This document shows, in pieces, positions 1-9,865 of a DNA stretch of 64,000 nucleotides. Position 1 is the stretch's first letter; each line of letters starts with the position of its first letter. This stretch comes from an uncultured Enterobacteriaceae bacterium (GTDB lineage: Bacteria; Myxococcota_A; UBA9042), in the NCBI GenBank assembly GCA_964447285.1, contig CAYURO010000001.1, forward strand, positions 1,010-65,009. Reading direction: 5' to 3'. The translations under genes and the position numbers were made by a program. Under the pieces are notes generated by a model. It did not search any database. It was not told the origin of the DNA and saw nothing but the letters and a program-made list of their open reading frames with translations.

Positions 1-1114
1 CCGAGTCGGCCGCCTTCCACGTCCACTTGGCCGGGTCGCTCGGGTCGCAGAACGCGCAATCCTCGCCGTCGGCCTGGCCGCCCACGACGCACTTGCCGTC
101 GATCAGGCACCTATCCGCCACCAGCGTCCAAGCCTTGGGATCCTTGGCGGGATCACACACCTGGCACGCCAGCCCCGTGTCGTCCTTGTTCCTGCAGCCG
201 ACGTCGGGGATCAGGCAGGTATCGGCGGCCAGTCCGTCGGCCTCGCACTTCCCCGCCGCGCACTTCGACACGGTGCACGTCTTTCCATCACCATCCTCGC
301 AAGCCTCGCCATCGGCCTTGGGGCTCCACGCGGTCTGGCTCTGGTCGGGATCGCAGACTTCGCAGGGGCTCTTGTCCTTTACCGCACCCTTGCCGACGCA
401 CTGGTTGTCGATGTTGCAGAAGTCCTTCGCCACCTCGCCGCTAGGCTTGCACGCGCCCTTGCCGTCGCACGCGCCGGGGGTGCAGTCAAGCTTGTCGTTG
501 TCGGTCAAGCACTTCTCGCCCTTGGCCTTCGCGCTCCAGGCGTTCTTGTCTTGGTTGGGGTCGCAGACCAGGCACTCGTTGGTGGGATGGGCTTCGGCCA
601 GCTGCTTGCACGACTTGGCGCCGTTTTCGTCAATCAGACAGTAGTTGTCCTTGACGGCGGCACTGCCTTCGACGTTGAACATCTGCTCGCAGATGCCGAC
701 CTTGCACTGAAACTCCTCGCACTCCAACGGCTTCACGTCCGAGTTCGGGGCGCACGTCATGCCGTCGGCCTTGGGCACCACCGCGCACAGCTTCAGCTCG
801 CAGCGCGCCTCCATGCACACGTCGTCGGGCTTGGTCGCCGGCTTCCACTCGCCGGCGGCGTACAGGTCCTTGCAGTACTGCGTCGCCTCGCACGGAAACT
901 TCGTCTTCTCGACGCACTGGCCTTGCACGCACTCGTAGCCCTTGTCGCACGAGTCTTGCTTGCAAAGGGTCGAGGCCGTGGGCGGCGTCGAGCACGCAAC
1001 CGCAAGCGCCAGAGGCAACAGCCAGCCCAGTCGGGCCACAGGGGCAAGGAATTCGGTGACAACGCGCACGACGACCTCCGGGGGGGCCGCGCGTCGGGGG
1101 GAAGCGGCGGCCAT
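1..1114 (-). CDS. Partial (3' end beyond window start) secreted or lipoprotein-like Cys-rich repeat protein. The N-terminus MAAASPRRAAPPEVVVRVVTEFLAPVARLGWLLPLALAVAC is followed by repeated ~45-aa units of the form C-x2-C-D-P-x3-5-W-x4-6-[GD]-x-C.
   Basis: Hand translation of the minus strand from ATG at 1114..1112. Codon usage is strongly GC3-biased, a signal peptide is present, and there are at least 4 tandem Cys-rich units (CLVCDPNQDKNAWSAKAKGEKC, CEVCDPDQSQTAWSPKADGEAC, CQVCDPAKDPKAWTLVADRC, CAFCDPSDPAKWTWKAADS). It is missing from the ORF track only because the stop codon lies outside the window. Confidence 0.55.
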   Translation of the reverse strand, partial: MAAASPRRAAPPEVVVRVVTEFLAPVARLGWLLPLALAVACSTPPTASTLCKQDSCDKGYECVQGQCVEKTKFPCEATQYCKDLYAAGEWKPATKPDDVCMEARCELKLCAVVPKADGMTCAPNSDVKPLECEEFQCKVGICEQMFNVEGSAAVKDNYCLIDENGAKSCKQLAEAHPTNECLVCDPNQDKNAWSAKAKGEKCLTDNDKLDCTPGACDGKGACKPSGEVAKDFCNIDNQCVGKGAVKDKSPCEVCDPDQSQTAWSPKADGEACEDGDGKTCTVSKCAAGKCEADGLAADTCLIPDVGCRNKDDTGLACQVCDPAKDPKAWTLVADRCLIDGKCVVGGQADGEDCAFCDPSDPAKWTWKAADS

Positions 1115-1331
1115 CGCCAGAGCCTACCAGCCGTCGGTGCGACTGCAACAAACACGTGCAATCGCCGCAGGGTCGGCGGCGGGGCGCAACCCGGCATTCC
1201 TCCGCAGAAACGCACCTTTTTCAAGCCGGACGCGTCAAAGTTTGAGCCGGGGGGACGGCCATGCTAACTTGGCCCGGTTTCCGCGGTTCTGCCGTGGAAC
1301 CACGCGGATCACCCGCAGCAGCATCGACACC

Positions 1332-2921
1332 ATGCGCGTTTGCCCTCGCTGTGCCCTCGAGACGATGGAAACCGTGTGCCCCACGGACGGCTCGACCACC
1401 ATTCAGGTGCAGGACGCCGTGTCGACTACGTACCCGAACGGCACCACGGTGGCCGGTCGCTACCGCATCGACGGCGTTATCGGCATCGGTGGTTTTGGCG
1501 CGGTCTATCGCTGCACCCAGCTGACGATGAACCAGACGGTGGCCGTCAAGGTCTTGCGCAACGAGCACCTGACGTCGGTCGAGCACGTCAAGCGCTTCAC
1601 CCGCGAGGCCCAGGCCGCTTCTCGCCTGCGCCACCCCAACACCGTCCACATCTTCGACTTCGGCACGCACACCGACGGCGCCTTGTACCTGGCGATGGAG
1701 TACATCGAGGGCGAGACGCTGGGCAGTCGCCTGGACGCGGTCAAGACGCTGCCGTGGGAGACACTGCTTCTGATCTTCATTCAGGTTTGCCACTCGCTGA
1801 CCGAAGCCCACGCCCTGCCGCTGATCCACCGGGACCTCAAGCCCGAGAACATCATGCTGCTGCCGGTGGCCGGCGACTCCAACTTCGTGAAGGTGCTGGA
1901 TTTTGGCATCGCCAAGATGCAGAAGGACCCGTCTGAGCCATCTGCCAACAGCCTGACCGAAAGCGGCATGATCATGGGGACTCCCACGTACATGTCGCCC
2001 GAGCAGGCGCGTGGCGAGCCCATCGATGCCCGCAGCGACATCTACTCCATCGGCGTCATCCTCTACGAAGCCCTGACCGGCAAGCCGCCGTTCGTGGGCG
2101 AGTCGCCGATGACGGTGCTGGTCGCCCACATCAAGGACCTGCCGAGGCCGATCGCCCGCGATGGCAGTATCCCGCATGTGCCCAAGGCGGTTGAGGAAGT
2201 GGTGTTCGCGTGTCTGGAGAAGGAGCCCGCGCGACGCCCGCAGTCGACCGCCGGATTGGTCGAGCGCCTGACGGAGGCGATGCGTGTCGCCCGCCTGCCG
2301 GTCACTCACGCGGCCATCGAGACCAACGACACGCTGGGCATGGACAGTCTGGACGACGACCTGCTGGCCGGCGCGATGACCACCGTGTCGCCGATTCCGC
2401 AGACCACGCCCGCCCAGACCCCCGTGCCTGAGCTGATCGCTCCCGCGCGTCCTGTCTCGGTGGCCCGCTCACCGCTGTGGATCGGCTTGGGCGCGTTTGC
2501 CATCGTCGGCCTGATCGCCGTTCTGGCGGCGCTGTTGGTGGACCGGCCGCCCAAGCCCGTTGCTGCTTCTGCCGCCGTCGCTCCCGCTGCGATGCCGGTC
2601 CTCGCTGCGCCCGTTGCGCCGGTTGCCGCGCCCACCGCCGTGCCGGTCCCGGTTCCGGAGCCCCTGCCTTCGGCCGAGCCTCCGCTGCCCCCGCCGCCGC
2701 AACCGGTTGACCCGCCCCAGCCTTCGCCTGTGCCTGTTGCCGCCAAGCCCGGCACTGGCCGCCCCGCCCCTGCCGACGTTTCGCCGCGCCCGGCGGTGGT
2801 GACCCCGGACGCAGGTCCGACGGCTCCGGACGACCGGATGCGCCCCGACAATCGATTGCCCCGACCCGACGCGAACCCGACCAAGCCGAAGCCGACCCGC
2901 GACGACTTCCGCATCGACTGA
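1332..2921 (+). CDS. Eukaryotic-type Ser/Thr protein kinase with a C-terminal TM helix and Pro/Ala-rich tail.
   Basis: ORF 942..2921, trimmed to the in-frame ATG at 1332 (MRVCPRCAL...). Kinase motifs: GxGxxG (GIGGFGAVY), [19 protein letters not shown] (APE-like). A TM segment ([22 protein letters not shown]) is followed by a PxP-rich low-complexity tail. Confidence 0.85.
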   Translation: MRVCPRCALETMETVCPTDGSTTIQVQDAVSTTYPNGTTVAGRYRIDGVIGIGGFGAVYRCTQLTMNQTVAVKVLRNEHLTSVEHVKRFTREAQAASRLRHPNTVHIFDFGTHTDGALYLAMEYIEGETLGSRLDAVKTLPWETLLLIFIQVCHSLTEAHALPLIHRDLKPENIMLLPVAGDSNFVKVLDFGIAKMQKDPSEPSANSLTESGMIMGTPTYMSPEQARGEPIDARSDIYSIGVILYEALTGKPPFVGESPMTVLVAHIKDLPRPIARDGSIPHVPKAVEEVVFACLEKEPARRPQSTAGLVERLTEAMRVARLPVTHAAIETNDTLGMDSLDDDLLAGAMTTVSPIPQTTPAQTPVPELIAPARPVSVARSPLWIGLGAFAIVGLIAVLAALLVDRPPKPVAASAAVAPAAMPVLAAPVAPVAAPTAVPVPVPEPLPSAEPPLPPPPQPVDPPQPSPVPVAAKPGTGRPAPADVSPRPAVVTPDAGPTAPDDRMRPDNRLPRPDANPTKPKPTRDDFRID

Positions 2922-2928
2922 GACCGCC

Positions 2929-4017
2929 ATGCCCAACTGCCGATTTTTCATCCCCTCGAGACTGATCGCGACGCTGCTGACCGGTTGTCTGGCGGCGGTC
3001 GTGGCCGTGCCGGCGCTTGCCCAGACGGCCCAACTCTCGCCTGACGAAGAGCACAACCGTCAGGAAGCCCTCGAGATCTTCAATCAGGGCAAGATGAGCT
3101 ACAAAGCCGGCGACTACAGCGCGGCGCAACAGCTCTTCCTTCGCGCTTGGGCCAAGTACGACAAGGAACCGTTGATCGCGCTTGCGCTGGGCAAGGCGTA
3201 CGACCGCGACGCGAACTACGAGAAAGCCATCATCTATTACAAGGCCTTCCTGCGTCTGGCGCCTGCCGACAAGGAGTTCGCCAAGGACCGCGAGACCACG
3301 GTCAAGCGTGTGGAAGAGGTCGAGCGGATTCTCTCCTCACGCCCTGGCATCCTGAAATTCAAGGGGTTGCCGACGGGGGCCAAGCTGTTGGTCGACGGCA
3401 AGCCAGCGGACCCCGACACGCAGGGCGAGCTGAAGGTCGACGCGGGCACCCACACGGTGGTCGTCACGATGGACGAGCGCATGCCGTTTGAGCGCGCGGC
3501 CGTCGCCGTGGGTCCCGGTGAGATCAAGGAGATCGAGGTCGTGCTGATGGCGCCCATCGACCCGCGCACGCTTCCAAGAGACCATACGTGGACCTGGGTG
3601 GCGGGCAGTGCCGCTGCGGCAAGCCTGATGACGGCGGCGGTGTTTGGGGTGCTGGCGCTGCAGGAAAACGACGACTACTACACGCGCTTCGACTCCGACG
3701 GCACCGCCAAGGCGGCCACGCTGGCCGACTACAAGCAGGCCGACGGGGTCACCGCGTGCAAGCTGGGGGACCCGCTGGGCAGCTGTCCCGGTGTCGACAA
3801 GGAGGGGCAGGACCGCATCGACGCGTTCAAGGCCCGCCGCAACGCCGCGTACATCGGTATAGGAGCCGGTGCGACGCTCGCGTTTGCCACCGCCGTGCTC
3901 TACTGGGTCGCCCCCGTGAAGCAGACCGCGCCGCAGCAGCCGCAGACGACGTGGCGGCTCGCTCCGCTGTTCGGCTCTGATCTGGGCACGGGCGCGGTCT
4001 TGACGCTGCAGTTCTAG
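2929..4017 (+). CDS. Secreted TPR-like / PEGA-like domain protein with a C-terminal TM anchor, encoded directly downstream of the kinase (8-nt gap).
   Basis: ORF 2929..4017. It has a signal peptide, a TPR-like helical N-terminus (AAQQLFLRAWAKY...AIIYYKAFLRLAP), a PEGA-like beta segment (GTHTVVVTMDERMPFERAAVAVGPGEIKEIEV) and two hydrophobic segments near the C-terminus. Confidence 0.55.
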   Translation: MPNCRFFIPSRLIATLLTGCLAAVVAVPALAQTAQLSPDEEHNRQEALEIFNQGKMSYKAGDYSAAQQLFLRAWAKYDKEPLIALALGKAYDRDANYEKAIIYYKAFLRLAPADKEFAKDRETTVKRVEEVERILSSRPGILKFKGLPTGAKLLVDGKPADPDTQGELKVDAGTHTVVVTMDERMPFERAAVAVGPGEIKEIEVVLMAPIDPRTLPRDHTWTWVAGSAAAASLMTAAVFGVLALQENDDYYTRFDSDGTAKAATLADYKQADGVTACKLGDPLGSCPGVDKEGQDRIDAFKARRNAAYIGIGAGATLAFATAVLYWVAPVKQTAPQQPQTTWRLAPLFGSDLGTGAVLTLQF

Positions 4018-4023
4018 CGGCGA

Positions 4024-4557
4024 CTAGCGAGCCATCCGCTCCAGCATCCGCAGCACTCCGGGATCCTTTTCGATCAACCGACGTTGCGCCACGCGCTTGG
4101 CTGCAGCTTGGGCGTCGCCGGTCAGGTCAAGGCCTCGCGCTGCCGCCGTACGGACATTCACCGCCGGGTCGGCCAGCAGACGGTCCAGCTCGATCCAGCC
4201 CTTGGGATGACCTCGACGCACCGGCCCCGCTGCCCAAGCCAGCGCCGCCGTCGCCCGCAAGTCATTGTCGCGAATGCGCAAGTGCACCCGCAGCCGCTCG
4301 GTCGCCGCCGGCGTGTTGGCAATCGCCAGGAACGACAGCGCCCGGTGCCGCGCATAGGCGGCCTCCTTGGCATCGCGCACCACACCATCCAGCGCGCGGT
4401 CGACCTGAGCGCCACCGGCCATGCGCAGCTGGTCGGTCGTCGGGACGGCCTCGACCGCCTGCAACCAGGAACGCAGTCCGGCGGGCGCAGGCGCGGCGTG
4501 CAGCGGTACTGCGGCCAGACAGGAAAGGATCAGGAGCGGCAGGAACTTGGCGGTCAT
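4024..4557 (-). CDS. Secreted HEAT/ARM-like repeat protein (hypothetical).
   Basis: ORF 4024..4557. It has a signal peptide (MTAKFLPLLILSCLAAVPLHA) and Ala/Arg-rich helical repeats. Its start overlaps the stop of the upstream metalloprotease gene by 4 nt (ATGA-type coupling). Confidence 0.5.
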   Translation of the reverse strand: MTAKFLPLLILSCLAAVPLHAAPAPAGLRSWLQAVEAVPTTDQLRMAGGAQVDRALDGVVRDAKEAAYARHRALSFLAIANTPAATERLRVHLRIRDNDLRATAALAWAAGPVRRGHPKGWIELDRLLADPAVNVRTAAARGLDLTGDAQAAAKRVAQRRLIEKDPGVLRMLERMAR

Positions 4558-5822
4558 GGCGTCTCCAGAACGGGGGTGACCCAGAGGTTGTGGTGCAGCA
4601 CGTCGGCCTGCTGCGTGGTCAGCTTGCCCATGCTGGTGTCATTGACCAGCCAGAACATCAGGTTGTCGGGGTCCAGTACAGGCGTGTCGGGCAGGTTGTC
4701 GTGGACGGCGGTCTGGCCCGACAGCGTCTCTTCCGTCGTATGGAACAGCCCCAGGTAGTGGCCGATCTCGTGCGCCATCGCCCGCCCCAGCAGCACGCCC
4801 TGCGGCGCCGCCTGCAGCGACAGCACCACGCCCGACCTCGGCCCGCCCACGTACAGTGGCCCGGGGATGCCTCCGGCCAGGCCCAGCACCAGCGTCGGGA
4901 TCCCTTGCTTGGCGGCGACTTGCACGGCGTCGACCAGAAACACATTCAGCCCCGGCGGCAGGCCCGCGCCTGTGCGGTACAGGGCGGACAGCTCGGCGTC
5001 GGCAGAGGCGTCGTGGGTGAAGATCAGCTGCTCGGCCGGCACGTCAAACGCCCGAACCTCGCCCAGCTCCAGATGGGCTTCGGCCAGCCGCTCCCGCACC
5101 TCGTCCAGTGCAGCTGACACCCGGGGATGCTCCAGCGCGACCGCCGCCGTGATCCCCGCGGCACCGGTCAGGCACAAATTGACGTCCAGTCGCCCCAGCT
5201 TGCCCAGCTCCGCCGGCTTGCCCACGAAGTCGACCGCCAACTCGACCTTCGCCACTTGGGGTGACCGCTGGCCGAACACGCTCCCCTGCGGGGGCACGTA
5301 GTCAAACGCGTACACCTGCACCGTGTGCTCGCCCGTCTGCACCTGAACCAAGGGCGTGTTGGGCACGAGAAACTGCGCCTCGGCTGGCGAGGAAGCGATG
5401 CGATTCACGCAGTTGTCCAAGCACAGCCACGGTGCGCCGGGACCGCCGTCCAGCCAGAACTTCGGCACGATCGACAGGTTGCTGGGACCCGCCAGCGCCG
5501 CCAGCGTGTACTGCCAGGCGTCGGGTCCGCGCACGGAAAGCACGAAAGACGTCGTGCCCGGCGGCACCACGAAGGTCACCGGGGGCGTTTTGCCGTCAAA
5601 GCCGGTCTGGGCCGTGCCCAGCTCGACCCGCGTGTGCCAGACGTCGGGGCCAAACGGCGAGGTCGTGTCGGTGGTCGTGGCATCCTGGGGCAGCAAGGTG
5701 TCGCCGGCGTCGTCGGATGCGTCTGCCGCGAAAGTGTCCGCTGGGTCCGGAGTTGCACCGCACGCGCTAGCAGCCAGCAGGGCGACCATCAGGATGGCGG
5801 TCAGGGAGATTCGGGTGGTCAC
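4554..5822 (-). CDS. Metzincin-type zinc metalloprotease lipoprotein.
   Basis: ORF 4554..5870. The start is moved to the GTG at 5822, which is preceded by a GGAGAGG Shine-Dalgarno at an 8-nt spacing. The N-terminus (V)TTRISLTAILMVALLAASAC is a lipoprotein signal. The extended zinc-binding motif AMAHEIGHYLGLFHT (HExxHxxGxxH) is present. Confidence 0.7.
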   Translation of the reverse strand: MTTRISLTAILMVALLAASACGATPDPADTFAADASDDAGDTLLPQDATTTDTTSPFGPDVWHTRVELGTAQTGFDGKTPPVTFVVPPGTTSFVLSVRGPDAWQYTLAALAGPSNLSIVPKFWLDGGPGAPWLCLDNCVNRIASSPAEAQFLVPNTPLVQVQTGEHTVQVYAFDYVPPQGSVFGQRSPQVAKVELAVDFVGKPAELGKLGRLDVNLCLTGAAGITAAVALEHPRVSAALDEVRERLAEAHLELGEVRAFDVPAEQLIFTHDASADAELSALYRTGAGLPPGLNVFLVDAVQVAAKQGIPTLVLGLAGGIPGPLYVGGPRSGVVLSLQAAPQGVLLGRAMAHEIGHYLGLFHTTEETLSGQTAVHDNLPDTPVLDPDNLMFWLVNDTSMGKLTTQQADVLHHNLWVTPVLETP

Positions 5823-6092
5823 GGCAGCGTTCCTCTCCCACAAGGTCTCAGATTCCAAACCGAAAGCCAAATCGTCGCGTCGCGGGCACGGACCTCGGAA
5901 TAGCTGTCCCGCAACGTGGGTTGCAGGAGGCGAGGTCCGAAAGGTCGATCCCTCCCACGTCGCTCTTTCAACCTCGTACCGCGCGGACGCCTGAGGCCTT
6001 GGTAGCGTGGCCTACCCTCCCCATCCGGCCCCTTCCAAGGCTTCAGGTGCCGCGCACCCAACCGACCTCGCCAAGCCCCGTAACCCCCTGAG

Positions 6093-8538
6093 CTACTTTC
6101 GCTTCTTGCCGCCCGCGGACTTGGCTGTGGGTTCGGGCTTGGGCTTGTCTGTCGGTGCGCTTTTGGCCGGTGCGCCCTTGATCGGTCGTCGTCGCCTCAG
6201 CCACGCCCAAGCCAGCAGCGCCAGCAGGGTCAACCCCGACGCCGCACCACCCGCCCGCAGCCCAGGAGCGCGAAACACCCACGTGATCTGGTGGGTTCCC
6301 GCCGGCACCGCGACCGCCCGGAACAGACCGTCTGCCCTCGCCGCCGTTGCCGCGCGCCCGTCGACCTGCACGGTCCAGCCGCTCTCCATCGCGTCTCGCA
6401 CCACCACCACGGCCGCCAGGGTCGTCGTCGCCTTCAGCACCAGCCGGTCCGGTGTCTCCTCCACCACCTCGACCGTCCCCGTCGCCCCCGGGGTGTGCGG
6501 CAGTACGCGGTCCAGCAGCACCGTGTCGGCCGGCAGGTCGGCCAGCTGCTCGACTGCGGCGCTGTTGTCCGGCACCACCCGCACCTGTCCCGCCACAAGA
6601 AACCTGGGCATGGGCGCGGGGTTACGCCGCAGCACGCGGCCGCTGTCGAACTTCTGGACCTCGGGCCACTCGGCGAATGCCAGCCGCGCCTGTCCGTCAT
6701 CTGCGTCCAGCAGCAGGTGGGACACCGCCAGCCGATCGAGCCATGGAGACGGCCGTCGCACCTGAAACATCACGCCGTACTCGGTCGCAGCCCGTCCGGA
6801 CAGGCGGTTGCCGTAAGCGTTGCTGAGCAGCGGCACCACCGGCTCGTACGCCCCGGCTCCGGCCAGTCCCGCCGTCGCTGGCCAGTTCGCCTGTCGCAGG
6901 GCCGCCGCCGTGGCCAGTCGATGGTCGCGGCCGACCGCTTGGGCCAGCGCCTGACGCTCCTGAACGCTCCACCGCACCCGGGCTTCCGCCTGTTGGTGGT
7001 CGGGCTGCACGTGCATCGCAGCGAACCGCACGACCTCAAAGCCCAGCACGCCGACAAGTCCCCAAGAGATCGCCTTGTGCCATCCGGGCTTGCCCCAGGC
7101 CAAGAGTGCCGCCGCCAGCGCACCCACTGCCGTGACGAGTCCCAACCTGGCGTCTGCAGCGAAACCATCCAACCCCGCACCAGCGCTGCGTTTCGCGTCC
7201 AGCCCCGCCGCCCACCAGCCGCCGTCCGGGCGCAGCGTCGCGCCCAGCCCCAGCAGCCCCAACGCCAGCCCGCCCAGCACGGCAAAGCCCAGCAAGGTCT
7301 TGGTCTTGGACCTTCCCGCGTCTTTTGGTGCGACCGTCAACGCCTCGGCCGCCAACAGGGCCAGCAGTGCCACGGCGGGCAGCAGCCAGCGCCCGGGCAC
7401 GCGGAAGCTGCCAAGGCCCGGGATCAAATCCACCAGCGTGGGCAGCAGCAGGCCGTCCTGACCGACCGACAGGAGCAGACACGCGACAGCCCCTGCCGTC
7501 AGAATCGCGCTACGCAGGCCGCCCCGCACCGCGCCCAGCGCCGCAAGTGCCAGCCCCGCTGCGCCGACAAATGCGACCGACTCGTGGTACGCAAAGCCCC
7601 CCAGCCGCGGTCCCGTGCCGCCCCAACCGGCAGGAGCCACGGCCGTCAGCAGCGTGCGTGCCGGCGTTCCGTAGGCCAGCGCGATCTGCAGCGGCGTCTC
7701 CAGCGACCGGTTGCTGTGCCCGGCGAATCGCCAGGTCGGCCACCACTGCACCGCCGACAGCGCCAAGCCCACCGCACCCAGCACGCCCAGCGCCAACAGC
7801 GCCACCACCGACGCGGGCCAATGCTTCAGACGCGACGGTGGGTTGCCCTTGTCCCCGGCGCCCGGGACGTCGCCCGGGTCCAGCACCAGAGCAAGCAGCA
7901 CGAAGGCCAAGCCACACAGGCCCAAAAAGGTCGCCTGCGGGTGGCCGGCCAGCACCTGAAGGCCCAGCGCTGCACCGCTCCACACCGCTGGCTGCAGTCG
8001 CCTCTGCCGCACGGCGTGCAGTGCAAGTCCCCAGATCCACGGCGTCCAAGCCCACGCTTCGACCAAGCTCACGTGACCCGCGAACACATGGCCCCACGTC
8101 GGCCCGCCGCCCACCAGCAGTGCCGCGACCGCCAGCCCTGCCGGCCACGACGCCCGCGATCCCGCCCACACCCCGGCCAAGTAGACCGCGCCGACGCCGA
8201 GCCACAACAGGTGCAGCGCCATCAGGATTTCCGACGCGTGCCACGGTGACAGGAACGTGGCGAGCAGGTTGGGCGGATAGGCCAGCCCCAGCTGCATTGT
8301 CGCGTGCAGGGGCAGGCCCCCCAGCTCTCCCGGATTCCAGGTTGACCAGCGGCCGTCGCGCAGCCAGTCGTGCAGCAGCTTGCGCAGCGGCTCTTGATAG
8401 CTGAAGAGATCCGTCCCGTTGCCGATGTAGACCAGCGCATCCCACGCCACCGCAAGCAGCGGCGCGGCCAAGGCCAACACCCACACCCCGGAGCCCAAGC
8501 GTGTCAGCCAGCGGTTCGTCTGGGTCACGGCGCTGCCT
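6093..8538 (-). CDS. Large polytopic membrane protein of YfhO-like architecture (putative glycosyl-transfer or envelope biogenesis protein).
   Basis: ORF 6093..8585. A probable GTG start at about 8538 gives VTQTNRWLTRLGS. There are at least 12 predicted TM helices, then a soluble domain, a final TM segment and a basic tail (RRRRPIKG...KKRK). The family assignment comes from architecture only. Confidence 0.45.
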
Positions 8539-9736
8539 CCACCTCTGGCTGCGTCTCGCCCTGCACGATCTGGGCAAGCGCACACAGCCTCGCCAGCGAG
8601 TCGGGCTCGTCTGCCGTACGCGGCACCGCCACCAGGGGCAGGCCAGGGCCCAGCCGGGTACGCAGCTGCTCGACATGTGCCTGGTCCTGCTCTGCCAGCC
8701 GCCCCATCTCTCTGGCCACTTGCCCCAGCCGCTGCGCCAGCCGATGCGCCGCCCGCTTGTCGCCCATCAGGACCTCAGACCCGAGTCGCTGCAACAGGGC
8801 CTCCAGACCCGCCTCCAGCTCCTCGCCAGCCTGACACGGTCCCGGGGCAAACGGCGCGACGCGATTGATGATCCAGCTGCCGACGCGCATGCCGCTCTCG
8901 TCCAGCCGGTCGCGAAGGTACAGCGCCTGCTGCGTGCTGGCGTCGTCGCAGCTACTGACCAGCACGAATGCGGTGTCGGGGCTCTGCAACAGCTGCTGGG
9001 CATCGCGCGCGCGCTGCACGAAGCCGTCAAAAGTCGATGACAGATAACCAAAGAACTCCAGAAGGTTGCCGAACATCTCGGCGCCGGTGAAGCGGGTCAG
9101 TCCGCGCATGACCACCGACCCCGTGCGGAACATCCCCCTCTGCAACCGCGACGTCGGACGCAGCAACAGCCGGAAGGCGTTCGAGTCGAACAGGTCGACC
9201 AGCCGCGAGGGCGCATCCAGAAAATCGAGGGCGTGGGCCGACGGCGGCGTGTCCAGCACCACCAGGTCGTGGTCGCCCGAGGTCGCCGCCTCGTACAACC
9301 TCTCAAGTGCCATGTACTCTTGCGATCCGGCCAGCGCCGTCGACGCTTGCCGATAGTAGGGGTGGTGCAGGATGCGGTCGCGGCTCTCTGCGTCGGGGGC
9401 GTAGCGGGTCACCACGCGGTCGAATGTGCTCTTCACGTCCAGCATTGCCGCGTCCAGCGGCTGGGAAACCCTGCAACCTTGCTCCGCAAATACTTGGACC
9501 GGGATCCGCTGCACCAACTCGTCGAACGCCTGAAGCCCCAGCGCGTTCGCCAGCCGGCGCGCCGGATCGACCGTCAACACCAGCGGTCGTCGTCCCATGC
9601 GCGCCGCCGCGACTCCCAGGGCCGCCGCCAGCGTCGTCTTGCCAACGCCACCGGCACCGACGCAGACCAGGACCTTGCGGGTCGCGATCAGGGACGCCAG
9701 CGGCTCGGGGGGCGAATTCGATGACGGAACGGGCAT
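8525..9736 (-). CDS. ArsA/GET3-family P-loop ATPase (anion-transporting ATPase-like).
   Basis: ORF 8525..9736. It has a deviant Walker A (VLVCVGAGGVGKTTLAAALG) and DTPP (Walker B-like). Its 3' end overlaps the start region of the YfhO-like gene. Confidence 0.7.
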   Translation of the reverse strand: MPVPSSNSPPEPLASLIATRKVLVCVGAGGVGKTTLAAALGVAAARMGRRPLVLTVDPARRLANALGLQAFDELVQRIPVQVFAEQGCRVSQPLDAAMLDVKSTFDRVVTRYAPDAESRDRILHHPYYRQASTALAGSQEYMALERLYEAATSGDHDLVVLDTPPSAHALDFLDAPSRLVDLFDSNAFRLLLRPTSRLQRGMFRTGSVVMRGLTRFTGAEMFGNLLEFFGYLSSTFDGFVQRARDAQQLLQSPDTAFVLVSSCDDASTQQALYLRDRLDESGMRVGSWIINRVAPFAPGPCQAGEELEAGLEALLQRLGSEVLMGDKRAAHRLAQRLGQVAREMGRLAEQDQAHVEQLRTRLGPGLPLVAVPRTADEPDSLARLCALAQIVQGETQPEVEAAP

Positions 9737-9865
9737 GTCAGGGGCCTCACGGTCGGGTACAGCGGCCCTCGATACACGGCGCGACGGCCGTCGTCAAACC
9801 GCACAGTGGACCGCAGGCGCGCATCGGGCTATAGACACACTCCTCACCGCCCAACTGGAGGACGC

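Noticed and set aside
551-1267. 238-aa plus-strand ORF (and the 173/143-aa minus ORFs) over the first kilobase.
   Set aside because: Its composition is R/L/A/G-rich 'shadow' protein. It lies antisense to a hand-translated minus-strand frame that has a signal peptide, regular Cys-rich repeats and strong GC3 codon bias.
6291-8249. 652-aa plus-strand ORF overlapping the YfhO-like gene.
   Set aside because: Extremely Arg/Pro/Gln-rich with no hydrophobic core pattern. It is a typical antisense open frame of high-GC DNA; the opposite strand encodes a coherent polytopic membrane protein.
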